Origin: Planctomycetota bacterium
GTDB lineage: Bacteria > Planctomycetota > UBA8108 > SXIK01
Direction: 5' to 3'
Assembly (NCBI GenBank): GCA_965223265.1
Contig: OZ244999.1
Location: 5,088,001-5,152,000 of the forward strand
Length of the DNA: 64,000 bases
The translations under genes and the position numbers were made by a program. The notes under the pieces are model-generated. The model was not told the origin of the DNA and did no database searches. It was given only the letters and a program-made list of their open reading frames with translations. Below, one piece after another: positions 1 to 11,378 of the stretch. How positions within the stretch are numbered: the first letter of the stretch is position 1; each line of letters opens with the position of its first letter.

Positions 1-179
1 ACTTCGTCCGTCGTCTCACGCCGCACACGCATCCCCATAAGAAGCGCGCCGATCTGCGCTGGCGTCGCGCCGCCAGTGAGCAACACACCCATGACGTCGC
101 GCGCCTCGTCGGTACTCAGCGAACGGCCGTTGCTAACGTTTTTCAGAGCATCGACGATAGCGTTCTGATCGGATGTCAC
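1..179 (-). CDS. trpD: Anthranilate phosphoribosyltransferase, N-terminal part (continues beyond the window edge)
   Basis: Manual translation from GTG at 179 (GTGA overlap with the trpG stop): MTSDQNAIVDALKNVSNGRSLSTDEARDVMGVLLTGGATPAQIGALLMGMRVRRETTDE, a typical TrpD N-terminus; follows trpE-trpG. Confidence 0.9.
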   Translation of the reverse strand, partial: MTSDQNAIVDALKNVSNGRSLSTDEARDVMGVLLTGGATPAQIGALLMGMRVRRETTDE

Positions 180-751
180 GAGTCGATTTCTCCGCAAATC
201 TTGAGAAAGTTCTGCAGCAATTTCGGACCGGTCGGCGTCAGGATTGATTCCGGATGAAACTGCACTCCGAACGTCGAATGCTCGCAGTGCTCGATGCCCA
301 TCACCAGCCCATCCTGAGTGCGTGCGGTAACGCGCAGAGCTGCCGGCAAATCGGGTTCAACGAACAACGAATGGTACCGCCCAGCCGAAAACGGGCTCTC
401 AAGCCCCGCAAAAATCCCGACGGCGTCATGATACACCATACTCGATTTACCGTGCACAGGCTCGCCGCATGCAACCACACCACCGAACGCAGCGGTGATG
501 GATTGATGCCCAAGACAGACGCCCAAAATGGGAATCGAGCCGGAGAGTTCGCGCACAGCTTCGACTGAAATCCCCGCCTCCTTAGGAGTACACGGCCCCG
601 GCGACACGATCATCCCCTTCGGCGCTCTCTCGGCGATCTGCGCCGGTGTTGTCGCATCGTTACGACACGTCACAGGGTCGGCTCCCAACTCGCCAATGAA
701 TTGTACGAGGTTGTACGTGAAGGAGTCGTAGTTATCGATGACGAAGATCAT
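176..751 (-). CDS. trpG: Anthranilate synthase component II (glutamine amidotransferase)
   Basis: IDNYDSFTYNL, SPGPCTP, GVCLGHQ and QFHPES motifs. Confidence 0.95.
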   Translation of the reverse strand: MIFVIDNYDSFTYNLVQFIGELGADPVTCRNDATTPAQIAERAPKGMIVSPGPCTPKEAGISVEAVRELSGSIPILGVCLGHQSITAAFGGVVACGEPVHGKSSMVYHDAVGIFAGLESPFSAGRYHSLFVEPDLPAALRVTARTQDGLVMGIEHCEHSTFGVQFHPESILTPTGPKLLQNFLKICGEIDS

Positions 752-754
752 CCG

Positions 755-2260
755 TTACTCCTTCCCGGCTCGAGATTCGGCCAGTCGGATGGCGTCGAAG
801 AGCGCTGAAGCCTTGTGCACGGTCTCCCAGTATTCTCGATCAGGTACAGAATCAGCGACGATTCCAGCTCCAGCCTGAACGGTCGCAATGCCTCCGTGGA
901 TGCAGAGCGTTCGAATCGCGATGCAGGTGTCAAGGTTTCCCGCAAAGTCAAGATAGCCGACAGCTCCGGCGTACGTGCCGCGGCGCGACGGTTCGAGCTC
1001 ATCGATGATCTCCATGGCACGAATCTTTGGCGCTCCGGAGACCGTGCCGGCAGGAAAACCGGCGCAGAAAGCGTCGGTCGCTGTCAGCTCGTCTCGCAGC
1101 TCACCCTCTACTTGACTGACAATGTGCATGACGTGGGAGTAGCGCTCAATCTCCTCGAGTCGCGACACATTGACGGTTCCAAACTTAGCGACGCGACCGA
1201 TGTCGTTCCTCCCGAGGTCGACGAGCATCCGATGCTCGGCAAGTTCTTTCTCGTCCTCCAGCAGATTGCGTTCGAGTCGCATATCCTCTTCCGCGTTCCC
1301 GCCGCGGCGTCGCGTCCCTGCGATCGGCCTCACCATTGCAGTGCGACTCTGAACGCTCACCATCGTCTCAGGCGAAGAGCCAAGAAGCGCTGTGTCGCCC
1401 CACTCCAAATAAAACAAGTACGGCGACGGATTCAGTGACCGCAGTGCGCGATAGACATCAAAGGGCGAGGCATTGAGAGGACGCCGAAACCGCTGCGACA
1501 ACACGATCTGAAACGCGTCCCCCGCCGCAATGTACTCCTTAGCGCGACGCACAGCCGCTTCGAACTCCTCTTGGCTAAAGTTCGACTCCATACCTTCATG
1601 GATGGACGCCGGCTCGAGCTCGAAAAACGGCTGCAACATCTCCTCCGGTGGCAAAGGCTGATCAAGCTCGTGCTCGAGTGAATCGAGGCGTGCGTACGCG
1701 CGTTCGAGCTTGCGTTCAAGAATCTTGTGGTCACCTGCCGCTTCAGAAACGAGAACGTTGGCAATCAGAAAAATGCGGTGCTTCGCGTGGTCGAACGCGA
1801 TCAGCTCATTGAAGAAATGGAACTGGGCGTCGGGGAGTTCACGTTGATCGACGTGGCGGTCAGGAATCGTCTCTATGTAGCGCACCGCGTCGTAGCCAAC
1901 ATACCCAGCCGCGCCTCCGGTCAGCGGGGGCAGCCCCGGGACGTCGACACTTCGAAACGACCTCACCTCCCGATCAAGGACGGTGAAAAAACTCTCGTTG
2001 CTGGTGGTGCTCTCGTCGCCGCGCTCGACGACGACTGCGGACTCTGTCGCGCTGACGGTTTGAAACGGACTGCGACCGATGAAGGAATAGCGCCCCAAGC
2101 GTTCCCCGCCTTCGACACTCTCCAAGAGAAAAGCCGGTTCCCCCGCATGTCGCAAGCGAAGAAAAGCAGTGACAGGCGTGAGCGTATCGGACGACAACTC
2201 TCGAAAGACGGGGACGACGTTTCCTTGTTCGGCGTAGCGGAAAAAATCTTCGGGCTGCAC
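755..2260 (-). CDS. trpE: Anthranilate synthase component I
   Basis: LLESVEGGERLGRYS, NPSPY, GSSPE, EHRMLVDLGRND and GTVSGAPKIRAM motifs. Confidence 0.96.
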   Translation of the reverse strand: MQPEDFFRYAEQGNVVPVFRELSSDTLTPVTAFLRLRHAGEPAFLLESVEGGERLGRYSFIGRSPFQTVSATESAVVVERGDESTTSNESFFTVLDREVRSFRSVDVPGLPPLTGGAAGYVGYDAVRYIETIPDRHVDQRELPDAQFHFFNELIAFDHAKHRIFLIANVLVSEAAGDHKILERKLERAYARLDSLEHELDQPLPPEEMLQPFFELEPASIHEGMESNFSQEEFEAAVRRAKEYIAAGDAFQIVLSQRFRRPLNASPFDVYRALRSLNPSPYLFYLEWGDTALLGSSPETMVSVQSRTAMVRPIAGTRRRGGNAEEDMRLERNLLEDEKELAEHRMLVDLGRNDIGRVAKFGTVNVSRLEEIERYSHVMHIVSQVEGELRDELTATDAFCAGFPAGTVSGAPKIRAMEIIDELEPSRRGTYAGAVGYLDFAGNLDTCIAIRTLCIHGGIATVQAGAGIVADSVPDREYWETVHKASALFDAIRLAESRAGKE

Positions 2261-2350
2261 TGGAGAACTCCAGAGAAAGGTGTTCGCAAGACTCGCGGGT
2301 GGTGACGGAACGACGAAAGCGTTTCGTAGCCGAGGCGAAAAGGTCAGGCC

Positions 2351-2378
2351 AAAAAAAAAACCTCCCGGCGAGGGGAGG
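2351..2378 (-). terminator. Intrinsic terminator (attenuator 3:4 hairpin) upstream of trpE
   Basis: Minus strand CCTCCC-CTCGCC-GGGAGG followed by T10, 90 nt upstream of the trpE start. Confidence 0.85.
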
Positions 2379-2407
2379 CGAGCTCTCGATTCTTCAATCC
2401 GTACAGA

Positions 2408-2452
2408 TCAGGCCTTCCCCGCGGTTGGTCGACACCAAGGCCACCAGTTCAT
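2408..2452 (-). CDS. trpL: Trp operon leader peptide MNWWPWCRPTAGKA (in-frame GTG starts at 2491 and 2497 are alternatives)
   Basis: ATG AAC TGG TGG CCT TGG ... TGA with three Trp codons just upstream of the terminator; too short for the ORF track. Confidence 0.8.
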   Translation of the reverse strand: MNWWPWCRPTAGKA

Positions 2453-2520
2453 GGGCTGACGAAGGATGACTGCACGCTTCTGTATCTTCACGGTCACGGC
2501 GTCTTCACCGACCTCACGGT

Positions 2521-2565
2521 GTCTTCACGATTGTAGTCTTCACGATTGTAGTGTTCACGACTGCG
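2521..2565. repeat. 15-bp tandem repeat x3 (GTCTTCACGATTGTA)
   Basis: Two identical units at 2521-2550 plus a degenerate third. Confidence 0.8.
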
Positions 2566-2666
2566 GTCTCGGTCTTCAGAGACCGTTTTCTTGGCACTGC
2601 TGGCTCCGTGCCCGAAGACGTGTTCCGGTATCTTTTCCGGAAAGTCCGAACGTCGCGATCAGAGCG

Positions 2667-5600
2667 TCAAGATCCTTTCCAACTATGCTCCCTGGACGCA
2701 TCTCTGTCAAGGCCACGATCGTCCACTTCCCGGCGTCGATGCTCCAGCCACGCGCGGAGACACTTCGCTGTGCGCGATGTGCGCCATTGATCCACGAGCT
2801 TCGCCGGCGGCCCTTCAAAGAGCAGCTCACCGCCCCCGTCGCCTCCCTCCGGCCCCAGGTCGAGGACCCAATCGGCACCCGCGATCAACTCGAGGTGGTG
2901 TTCGATCACAACAACCGCGTGTCCAGCCTCCGCCAAACGCCGAAGAATGCCCACGAGTCGCTCGACGTCAAGCATGTGGAGGCCAGTGGTCGGCTCATCG
3001 AGCAGATAGAGACACGCGCCGGACGCCGTCTTACTCAGCTCAACCGCCAGTTTGACGCGCTGCGCTTCACCGCCGGAGAGTGTCGTGCTTGCCTGCCCGA
3101 GTGCCAAGTAGCCGAGGCCGAGATCCTGAAGTGACTGCAGAATGCGTGAGACATCCGCGTATGCCTCGAAGAAGTCCAAAGCTTCGTCAACGGTCATCTC
3201 GAGAACGTCTGCGATCGACTTGCCGCGATACTTAACCTCGAGCGTTTCCGCATTGAAACGCCGGCCGCCGCAGACCTCACAGTCGACCGCGACGTCGGGG
3301 AGGAAATTCATCTCCATACGAATGCGTCCTTGACCGCCACACGTCTCGCAGCGTCCTCCAGCCAGGTTAAACGAGAACCTCCTTTTCTCGTAGCCAAGGG
3401 CCTTAGCCTGCGCCGTCGCTGCGAAGATCGTACGAACGCGATCCCACACCCCCACGTAAGTCGCCGGCGTCGAACGCGGTGTGCGCCCGATCGGGAGTTG
3501 ATCGACTTCTCGCGTCGCAGTCAGAAGCTCACCACCGCGCATCGAGGCACAGTTGACGGCGGGCGAGCGGCGCCCGTGGAGAGCCCGGCGGACGCTGGCG
3601 AGCAGCACTTCGCGAACGAGCGTCGATTTGCCGGCACCAGATACGCCCGAGACGACGGTGAGTGCTCCCAACGGGAAGCTCGCCGTCACGGACTTCAAAT
3701 TGTGCACTTGAGCGTCAACGATCTTCACGACTTCTGGCGTAGTTCTCGACAAGCCAAGGTTCGGCTCCACCGCGCGCTGCGAACGACTGCGCCAATAGGT
3801 CGCGGTTGCGGAGCGCTCGCTTTCGATCAACGACTCGAGCGGTCCCGCAGCGACCACTTCACCGCCGTGACGTCCCGGCCCTGGCCCCATGTCGATGATG
3901 TAGTCGGCTGTTTCGATCGTCGCGTCGTCGTGCTCGATCACCAAAACGCTATTGCCTCGGTCGCGCAGATCCTGGAGCGTGCTCAACAGTCGCTCGTTGT
4001 CACTGGCGTGAAGGCCGATCGTCGGTTCATCGAGTATGTAGCAGGCACCTCGAAGCTTTGACCCGAGTTGGGCGGCGAGCCGGATACGCTGCGCTTCACC
4101 GGTCGAAAGCGTACTGGCTTCACGTGATAGCGTCAGATACGGCAGCCCAACACGCTGGAGGAATTCGAGGCGGGAGACAATCTCCTCGATGATCGGACGC
4201 CCAACCTGCTCGTGCGTCCCGGAAAATCGGACGCGACGGCAGAAACGAATGAGATTCTCCACAGTCATGTGAGCCAGCTCCGCGATGCTGCGGTCACCGA
4301 CTCGCACACCAAGCCACTCGCTCTTGAGGCGTCCACCGCGACACGTCTCGCAAATGATGTCACGCCCCCAGCGCTCGTAGTACTCGTAGGCGTCGTCGGG
4401 ATCGAGTCGCTCAAGTCGCTCTGTAACGAGAGTTGCGAGGCCTTCGAAGACACCACCGCTGTCGCCCTCGAACAGCACGCGCACCGCGCTACGTGGCCAA
4501 CTCGCCAACGGCAGGTCGACGGTTCCACTTTTGATCTTCTTGCCGCGCTCGAGGCGCTGCAGGCATCCGACAATGCGCACTCGCTCCGATCGCGCTCGCG
4601 ACTTCGGAAACGGCGAGTCACTAAGAAACGCCAGTGGGCCGCGAGGGTCACTGAGCCGCGCGTCCCATACAGAGACGACACGTTCGGGGTCGATCTCAAG
4701 TTGTGCACCGTAGCCATCGCACTCGTCACACTGCCCGTGGCGCGAGAGGAAACTGAAGTGCCGCGGCTCTGGTGGCTCGAAACTGCACCCGCACTGCGGA
4801 CACGAACGCTCGAGATTGAAGACCGTCTCGAGACCGTCGTCGCCCAAGAACCGTATGACGCCGCTGCCAAAGTCGAGGGCACGCGCAACAGACTCTCGCA
4901 AGACGCGAGCGTCGACGTGTCCCGGCGCGAAGCGTTCGACGACGAAGTCGATGTCATGCGCGCGATGCCGTGACAACCTCAGCTCGGTCTGCTCGGGAAT
5001 AGCGACCCACTCCCCATCGATACGCGCATCAAGAACGCCGCGACGGCGCGCATCACTCAGCAGTTTCGAGTGAAATCCTTTCTTACCTCGCACGGCAGGA
5101 GAAAGGAGTCGGCCGCCGCCGGTAGCCAACGATCGCACGGCAGCGTCGATCTCTTCGCGCCGACGCGGGATGACTTCGACCTCGCAGTGAGGACAAAACT
5201 GCACCCCAACGCGGGAGTAGAGAAGGCGGAGGAACTGATAGATTTCGGTCACCGTACCGACGGTCGACTTCCTCCCCCCTACCGTCGTCCGCTGTTCGAT
5301 CGCCACGGTCGGTGGGATACCTTCGAGATGATCGATGTCAGGGCGATGAAGATCCTCGACGAACTGCCGTGCGTACGGCGACAAACAGTCGAGGAATCGC
5401 CGCTGGCCCTCAGCGAACACGATGTCGTAGAGAAGCGAAGATTTTCCAGAGCCACTGAGCCCCGTAACGACGACGAACTGGTTCAACGGGATATCGACGT
5501 TGAGGTTTTTGAGGTTGTTCTCTCGTGCCCCGAGAACGCGAATGCAAAGGTCGTCTGTGGTCGCGGGAGTGAGCGAAGAGGCTCCATTTTTCGGGCGTGG

Positions 5601-8453
5601 ACGCGGTTGCCGCGATGTAGCTTCCCCGGCGTGCGCTGTCTTGTTGCCGCCGGAACCGCCGAGCAAGCCGGCGCGCCGCAACCACTCTCCGGTCCTCGAT
5701 CCCGTGCGATCGGCAGCAGCAGCGATCTCTTCTGGTGAGCCGGCGGCGACGAGCCGCCCACCCCGATCGCCCCCTTCCGGACCGAGATCGATCAACCAGT
5801 CGGCGAGGGCGATGACGTCGAGGTGATGCTCGATGACGACGACGCTATGGCCGCGCTCGACAAGGCCGTGAAGCACCTCGAGAAGTTTTCGGACGTCTTC
5901 GAGATGCAGTCCAGTCGTCGGTTCATCCAACAAGAAGAGGATGCGCTCGCCGCGTCGAGCGAGTACGCGACTTGCCAACTTGAGTCGCTGAGCCTCGCCT
6001 CCCGAAAGGGTATTGATCGGTTGACCCAGCCGCAGGTATCCGAGCCCCAGGGAGTCGAGGAGCCCAAGTTTTTCCTGCAAATCCAACTCGCCGGCGAAGA
6101 ACTCCGCAGCTTCTTGCAGGGTCAGATCGAGAACCTCGCTGATGTTGAGGCCATTCCACCGCACTTCGAGAACGCGCTCTTTGAAGCGCTTGCCGCCGCA
6201 CTCCTCGCATGTGAGTGTGACGTCCGACAAGAACTGCATCTCAACCTGGGTCACACCAGCGCCGGAGCACTCCGGACAGCGGCCGCCATCGACGTTGAAC
6301 GAGAAGTGCCCCGCGCCAAGATCGAGGGCGGCTGCATCGGGCGTGGCGGCGAAAAGAGAACGGATGCGCTGAAAGATTTTGGTGTAGGTGGCAGGGTTGC
6401 CACGCGGCGTCTTCCCCAGCGGCGACTGGTCAACGAGCATGACCTCGTCGACGAGATCGAATCCCTCGATCGCGCCCACCGGAGCCGGCCCGCTATCACT
6501 TTGGCCAGCGCGGTGCTGCCATGCCTTCCAAACGACATCGCTGAGCAGCGAACTCTTGCCAGAGCCAGAAACTCCGGTAACCACGCAAAGCACGTTCAAG
6601 GGCAAGTCAACGTCGAGCGACATCAGGTTGTTTGCCGCGGCGCCACGCACTCGAAGTGCATGCTCCCGGCTGATCTCACGCGGCGGAGCCGTTCTTTCGA
6701 TCCGTCGCCGCCCGCTGAGATAGTCCCCCGTCAAAGACTGCGGCGAGGCCTTGACCTCGTCCACGGTGCCGGCACACACGATCTCCCCGCCACGCTCTCC
6801 GGACCCTGGTCCGAGGTCGATCAACTGGTCCGCCGCACTCATGATCGCAGGATCGTGCTCGACAACGACCACCGTGTTGCCGCGGTCGCGCACCGCGCGC
6901 AAGATCTCGAGTAGTCGGGCGTTGTCGCGCGCATGAAGACCGATCGACGGTTCGTCCAAGACGAACAAGGTGTTGGCCAGCGAAGCGCCTAACGCCGCGG
7001 TCAGATTGACGCGTTCAACCTCTCCTCCGGACAGTGTCCGCGATTGTCGCCCTAGCGACAGGTATCCGAGCCCGACACTGTCGAGGTACCCAAGACGCGA
7101 GCGGATCTCCTCGACGACGAGACGTACCGGTCGGGAAATCTCGGAGCCGTCGAACGCCGTGAATGCCTCGGCGAGATCGCGGATCGACATCTGCCACATC
7201 TGCGGCAGGGTGCGCCCGAGGACGTGGAAGCAAAGGGCCTCCGGACGCAAGCGATCGCCCAGACAATCAGGACAAGTTTCGTAGCCGCGATAGCGCGCAA
7301 TAAAGACGCGCACGTGCATCTTGTATTTCTTGCTCTCGAGCTGATCGAAAAAACCTCGCACGCCCGGAAAACCTGAGCCACCTTCGAGGATCAAGTCACG
7401 CGTGGCGCTGTCATAACTCGAAAACGGCACGTTCGTCGGCACGCCGAGTTGGCGGAGAGAGGCGATGGCGCGGCGCAACGCTGAGCGGCCACGCCCAGTC
7501 TTCCAGGGACGGATCGCGCCATCCTCGAGCGACAGGCTCGGCTGCGGAACGATCCGATTCCAATCGAGTTCGATGACCTTGCCAAAGCCGCGACATCGGG
7601 CACACGCACCGTACGGGTTGTTAAACGAAAAAAGGCCAGGCGCCGGACGAACCAGCGCGACGTCACAATCACCGCAGTGTAGTCCTTCCGTGAAGGTGTG
7701 CAGGACGACTCCGTCGCCGTCGCACAAATGCATGCTGCCGCCGCCGAGACGGAACGCTTGCTCGATGGAGTCGGCGCGGCGTGCCTGAGACACACGCGCG
7801 GATGCCAAACGATCGACAACAACATTAAGAAAAGAACCGTCAAGATCTTGAGGTTCGAGGTCATCCAGCCGCCGCACTTCCGTTGCACGCAAATAGCGTG
7901 CGTAGCCTTGCCCGACAATCGAAGTGCGGACAACGTCGACGTCGTCAAAGCCCCCCAGAGAAACCGGAGCGACGATCAATGCAGGAAAACGGGCTGAGAC
8001 CGTGTCGTTGAGTAGCGCGAGGACGCTTGCCGTGCCCTCGGGGGCGACTTCGCGCGAACACGACGGACAGTAAGCTTGGGAGGCGCGCGCATAGAGCAGC
8101 TTCATGTAGTCATTCAGCCCGGTCATCGTCCCAACCGTCGAACGGGACGTTTTGATCGCGCCGTACGGATCGATCGCCACAGCCGGCGGGATGCCTTCAA
8201 CGGACTTCACGTCAGGGCGAGCTATGCGCTCGAGAAACTGACGCGTGTAGGCGGAGAACGTCTCAAGATAACGACGTTGACCCTCAGCGTAGAGCGTGTC
8301 GAAGGCGAGCGACGACTTACCGGAGCCACTGACTCCGGTGATGACGGTGAACTCGCCGAGACGAATCTCACAGTCGAACCCCTTGAGATTGTTTTGGCGC
8401 ACGCCCCGCAGCTGAATGACGTTTTTTAAACTGGGTGCTTTTGAAGAGATCAT
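2667..8453 (-). CDS. uvrA: Excinuclease ABC subunit A, double-length form (four ABC ATPase domains)
   Basis: Four Walker A motifs (GVSGSGKS x2, [16 protein letters not shown]), four LS(G/T)GE signatures, several CxxC Zn fingers; likely start ATG 8453 rather than 8492. Confidence 0.93.
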   Translation of the reverse strand: MISSKAPSLKNVIQLRGVRQNNLKGFDCEIRLGEFTVITGVSGSGKSSLAFDTLYAEGQRRYLETFSAYTRQFLERIARPDVKSVEGIPPAVAIDPYGAIKTSRSTVGTMTGLNDYMKLLYARASQAYCPSCSREVAPEGTASVLALLNDTVSARFPALIVAPVSLGGFDDVDVVRTSIVGQGYARYLRATEVRRLDDLEPQDLDGSFLNVVVDRLASARVSQARRADSIEQAFRLGGGSMHLCDGDGVVLHTFTEGLHCGDCDVALVRPAPGLFSFNNPYGACARCRGFGKVIELDWNRIVPQPSLSLEDGAIRPWKTGRGRSALRRAIASLRQLGVPTNVPFSSYDSATRDLILEGGSGFPGVRGFFDQLESKKYKMHVRVFIARYRGYETCPDCLGDRLRPEALCFHVLGRTLPQMWQMSIRDLAEAFTAFDGSEISRPVRLVVEEIRSRLGYLDSVGLGYLSLGRQSRTLSGGEVERVNLTAALGASLANTLFVLDEPSIGLHARDNARLLEILRAVRDRGNTVVVVEHDPAIMSAADQLIDLGPGSGERGGEIVCAGTVDEVKASPQSLTGDYLSGRRRIERTAPPREISREHALRVRGAAANNLMSLDVDLPLNVLCVVTGVSGSGKSSLLSDVVWKAWQHRAGQSDSGPAPVGAIEGFDLVDEVMLVDQSPLGKTPRGNPATYTKIFQRIRSLFAATPDAAALDLGAGHFSFNVDGGRCPECSGAGVTQVEMQFLSDVTLTCEECGGKRFKERVLEVRWNGLNISEVLDLTLQEAAEFFAGELDLQEKLGLLDSLGLGYLRLGQPINTLSGGEAQRLKLASRVLARRGERILFLLDEPTTGLHLEDVRKLLEVLHGLVERGHSVVVIEHHLDVIALADWLIDLGPEGGDRGGRLVAAGSPEEIAAAADRTGSRTGEWLRRAGLLGGSGGNKTAHAGEATSRQPRPRPKNGASSLTPATTDDLCIRVLGARENNLKNLNVDIPLNQFVVVTGLSGSGKSSLLYDIVFAEGQRRFLDCLSPYARQFVEDLHRPDIDHLEGIPPTVAIEQRTTVGGRKSTVGTVTEIYQFLRLLYSRVGVQFCPHCEVEVIPRRREEIDAAVRSLATGGGRLLSPAVRGKKGFHSKLLSDARRRGVLDARIDGEWVAIPEQTELRLSRHRAHDIDFVVERFAPGHVDARVLRESVARALDFGSGVIRFLGDDGLETVFNLERSCPQCGCSFEPPEPRHFSFLSRHGQCDECDGYGAQLEIDPERVVSVWDARLSDPRGPLAFLSDSPFPKSRARSERVRIVGCLQRLERGKKIKSGTVDLPLASWPRSAVRVLFEGDSGGVFEGLATLVTERLERLDPDDAYEYYERWGRDIICETCRGGRLKSEWLGVRVGDRSIAELAHMTVENLIRFCRRVRFSGTHEQVGRPIIEEIVSRLEFLQRVGLPYLTLSREASTLSTGEAQRIRLAAQLGSKLRGACYILDEPTIGLHASDNERLLSTLQDLRDRGNSVLVIEHDDATIETADYIIDMGPGPGRHGGEVVAAGPLESLIESERSATATYWRSRSQRAVEPNLGLSRTTPEVVKIVDAQVHNLKSVTASFPLGALTVVSGVSGAGKSTLVREVLLASVRRALHGRRSPAVNCASMRGGELLTATREVDQLPIGRTPRSTPATYVGVWDRVRTIFAATAQAKALGYEKRRFSFNLAGGRCETCGGQGRIRMEMNFLPDVAVDCEVCGGRRFNAETLEVKYRGKSIADVLEMTVDEALDFFEAYADVSRILQSLQDLGLGYLALGQASTTLSGGEAQRVKLAVELSKTASGACLYLLDEPTTGLHMLDVERLVGILRRLAEAGHAVVVIEHHLELIAGADWVLDLGPEGGDGGGELLFEGPPAKLVDQWRTSRTAKCLRAWLEHRRREVDDRGLDRDASREHSWKGS

Positions 8454-8557
8454 TTGATATCGACCGCATCGATGGGCTGGCCAGTGCCGCAAGCTGGGAA
8501 AAACTCGGACTGTTTGTGTGACGTTGACATCACGATTGAAAAAGCTAGGATACCTGC

Positions 8558-9181
8558 ATGAAGTCTGCCACCGAAGTCAACGGGAAAGACCTTTTTGTCG
8601 TCGGGTTTGTGTTCGAGCTGGCCCTTGTTCTGATCGCGGCGGTGATCGGTTTCTTTGCCACCGGCAGTGCCTTTCCATTCAAGTTCACGCTTTTCGATCC
8701 CGACTGGCTCGCGAAGGGAGTGGGTTGGGGGCTCGCATTCACTGTTCCACCTGCACTCTTCGGCGCTCTGAACGCCTCGCGCTTCTATCGGCGCATCCCA
8801 CCGCTTGAAAGGATCTACGAACGTCTGCGCGAAATGCTCGGTGATGGACTGGTCCGCATGTCGACTGCAGAGCTCGTGCTGCTGGCGGCGGCGGCGGGTA
8901 TCGGAGAGGAAATCCTTTTTCGCGGCGTTCTGCATCCGCTCCTCGGAAACGTCGCGAATAGCGTGATCTTCGGGCTGCTGCACGCGGTAACGCCGACGTA
9001 CTTCATACTTGCGGCGGTCATGAGCCTCTATCTCGGGTGGGTCTTTCAGTTCTCCGGTGACAACGTGCTGGCGCCGATCATCGTCCATTGGCTGTACGAC
9101 GTCGTCGGCCTCATCGCGATTCGCCAGCGTATCCGACGCGACCAAGCCGCCGAGTCGTCGCAGCAGGCTGCACCTCAGTAG
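8558..9181 (+). CDS. CPBP (CAAX/Abi) family intramembrane glutamic endopeptidase
   Basis: EEILFRG, FGLLH and HWLYD motifs; several TM segments. Confidence 0.85.
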   Translation: MKSATEVNGKDLFVVGFVFELALVLIAAVIGFFATGSAFPFKFTLFDPDWLAKGVGWGLAFTVPPALFGALNASRFYRRIPPLERIYERLREMLGDGLVRMSTAELVLLAAAAGIGEEILFRGVLHPLLGNVANSVIFGLLHAVTPTYFILAAVMSLYLGWVFQFSGDNVLAPIIVHWLYDVVGLIAIRQRIRRDQAAESSQQAAPQ

Positions 9182-9243
9182 CGCCGCCGGCGAGGAAGGC
9201 GATGGCTATCGAGCTGAGTGTGGTGGGTGCTCGCGAGAAGCGC

Positions 9244-9576
9244 CTACCCAGGCGGCCAATCCAGCCCACGACCACCAAGAAGGTGGACGTGCAGATGGAA
9301 CACTGTCTGACCGGCACCGGACCCGTTATTCACGACGAGGCGAAAGTCGTCGAGCTGCTCATCCTTTGCAACGCCTCGCGCCACCCAGACGAGGTGCCCA
9401 ATCAATTCCCGGTCTCCTTCCGCCATGTCTGCGACTTTGGCAATGGGCTGTTTAGGAATCACGAGGATATGGACAGGAGCCTGTGGATTGATGTCGCGGA
9501 ATGCCAGCGCTCGGTCGTCCTCATAGACGATGTCCGCCGGGATCTCGCGATCGATGATCTTCTGAAAAATCGTCAT
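9244..9576 (-). CDS. Histidine triad (HIT) nucleotide-binding protein
   Basis: IFQKII, DINPQAPVHILVIPK, GQTVFHLHVHLLGGR and WPPG. Confidence 0.93.
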   Translation of the reverse strand: MTIFQKIIDREIPADIVYEDDRALAFRDINPQAPVHILVIPKQPIAKVADMAEGDRELIGHLVWVARGVAKDEQLDDFRLVVNNGSGAGQTVFHLHVHLLGGRGLDWPPG

Positions 9577-9603
9577 GGCACCATCCTTCGACCGCGGCAG
9601 CAG

Positions 9604-11130
9604 TCAGTGGTTCACCTCGTCGACTCGCCCGTCCTCGTCGGGGGGACGACTCTCGCTCGCCGACTTTGTTTTCATCATCGGAAACGCGATGACATCGCGG
9701 ATCGAGTGACAGTCGGTCAGCAGCATGACGAGTCGATCGATTCCGAGGCCAACGCCTCCGGTCGGCGGCATTCCGCACGCCAAAGCCTTGAGGAAGTCGT
9801 GATCGATCGGGTGGTGTTCGACCCCCTCGTCATCTGGCCCCATCTGTTTCTGGAGTTCCAAGCGCTGCCTCTGCTCAACCGGGTCTGTCAGCTCGCTGTA
9901 AGCGTTGCCGATCTCCATGCCGGCAATCATCGGCTCGAAACGCTCAACCAAACGGTCGTCACCGCGCTTCGCCTTGGTGAGCGGAGAGATGTCGACAGGG
10001 TGATCGCAGACAAAAGTCGGCTGCACCAAGGTGTGTTCGACCAACTCCTCGAACAGCGCCGCCACCCCGCGCCCCCATGAGAACGGCTTCGGCGCCTCAA
10101 GACCGCGCTCACGAAATTCATTCTGAAGCGCGGCCTCGTCCATGCCATCAGCAGAAAGCCCAACACCCTCTAGCCCTTCGAGCACCGTGAGGCGTCGCCA
10201 TGGAGGCGCCAACTCGATCTCCGTCCCCTGGTAGACGACTTTCGTTGTTCCACACACATCCTTGGCGACAGACGCAACCAGCTCCTCGAACTGCCGCATC
10301 TGAAACTCATAGTCGGTAAACGCCTCGTACCACTCCATCATAGTGAACTCTGGATTGTGGCTGCGGTCGATGCCCTCGTTGCGAAAGTTCTGGCAGATCG
10401 TGTACACCTTTTGGAAACCACCGACGATAAACCGCTTGAGCGGCAGCTCCGGCGAGATGCGCAAGTACGCCCTCTGATTCGAGAGGGCGTGGATGTCTGT
10501 GGCAAACGGGCGTGCCTCCGCACCGCCATAATTCATCTCGATCGTCGGTGTGGTCACCTCGAGAAAGCCGCGCGCCTCCAGAAAGCGGCGGATCGATGAG
10601 ATCACATGGGCGCGTTTCTCCATGACGGCGCGAGCCTCAGGCGCGGTGATCCAATGAAGGTACCGCTCGCGATACTTCGTCTCGGGATCAGAGAGCTGAA
10701 AGAACGTCTTCTCATCCGTCGACTTCGGGATCGGAACACGCATCACCGTCTTCGCAAGGAGCTCTGTTTCCTCCGCAGAAATCGTCAGCTCGCCACGCTT
10801 CGTGATGAAGAGCGGCCCGACGACGCCGATCCAATCGCCAAGATCGAGCTTGCGGCGAATCACATCCCACCGAGCATCGTCGTAGTGGTCCTTACGGAAC
10901 ATTACCTGCAGGCGACCATGGTCATCGGCGATGTCTGCGAAGATCATCTTGCCCTTACCGCGGTATGCCACGACCCGACCCGCGAGCCGCAATCGCTCGT
11001 CGATCAAGGACTCCTGCGCCTGACGAACGTCGGCCAAGGAATGCGTGCGCTGGAAGCTGTAAGGGTAGGGTTGTATACCCGCCTCCAGCAGGTCCTCCCT
11101 CTTCTTGAGGAGCTCGCTCTCGAATTCCAT
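9604..11130 (-). CDS. lysS: Lysine--tRNA ligase (class II)
   Basis: GGAEARPF, YLRISPEL, FRNEGID..HNPEFT, EIGNAYSEL and GMPPTGGVGLGIDRL. Confidence 0.97.
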   Translation of the reverse strand: MEFESELLKKREDLLEAGIQPYPYSFQRTHSLADVRQAQESLIDERLRLAGRVVAYRGKGKMIFADIADDHGRLQVMFRKDHYDDARWDVIRRKLDLGDWIGVVGPLFITKRGELTISAEETELLAKTVMRVPIPKSTDEKTFFQLSDPETKYRERYLHWITAPEARAVMEKRAHVISSIRRFLEARGFLEVTTPTIEMNYGGAEARPFATDIHALSNQRAYLRISPELPLKRFIVGGFQKVYTICQNFRNEGIDRSHNPEFTMMEWYEAFTDYEFQMRQFEELVASVAKDVCGTTKVVYQGTEIELAPPWRRLTVLEGLEGVGLSADGMDEAALQNEFRERGLEAPKPFSWGRGVAALFEELVEHTLVQPTFVCDHPVDISPLTKAKRGDDRLVERFEPMIAGMEIGNAYSELTDPVEQRQRLELQKQMGPDDEGVEHHPIDHDFLKALACGMPPTGGVGLGIDRLVMLLTDCHSIRDVIAFPMMKTKSASESRPPDEDGRVDEVNH

Positions 11131-11378
11131 CGCTTCACCTCACGCCGGAGCCGCCGCACACCTTTCACGCTGTATTCGCAAGGCAAATACCAGGTGTCAT
11201 TGAAGGGCGAAAGAGGATAAACTGCGGTATAGCGAAAAGCAATGTTGGATCGCGATGCGACAGGAGTCGCCCCCACCTAGCCCCACTTCATCGCGCCCCA
11301 AGGCCGCTCGACCGGTTCCTCGCCGACGGAAGCCGGCTTCGGGCACTAAGGTTCCCTTCGCAACCGACAGCAGCGTCA

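Noticed and set aside
2485-2575. Repeats upstream of trpL as a CRISPR array
   Set aside because: 15-bp head-to-tail units without unique spacers; no cas genes in the window
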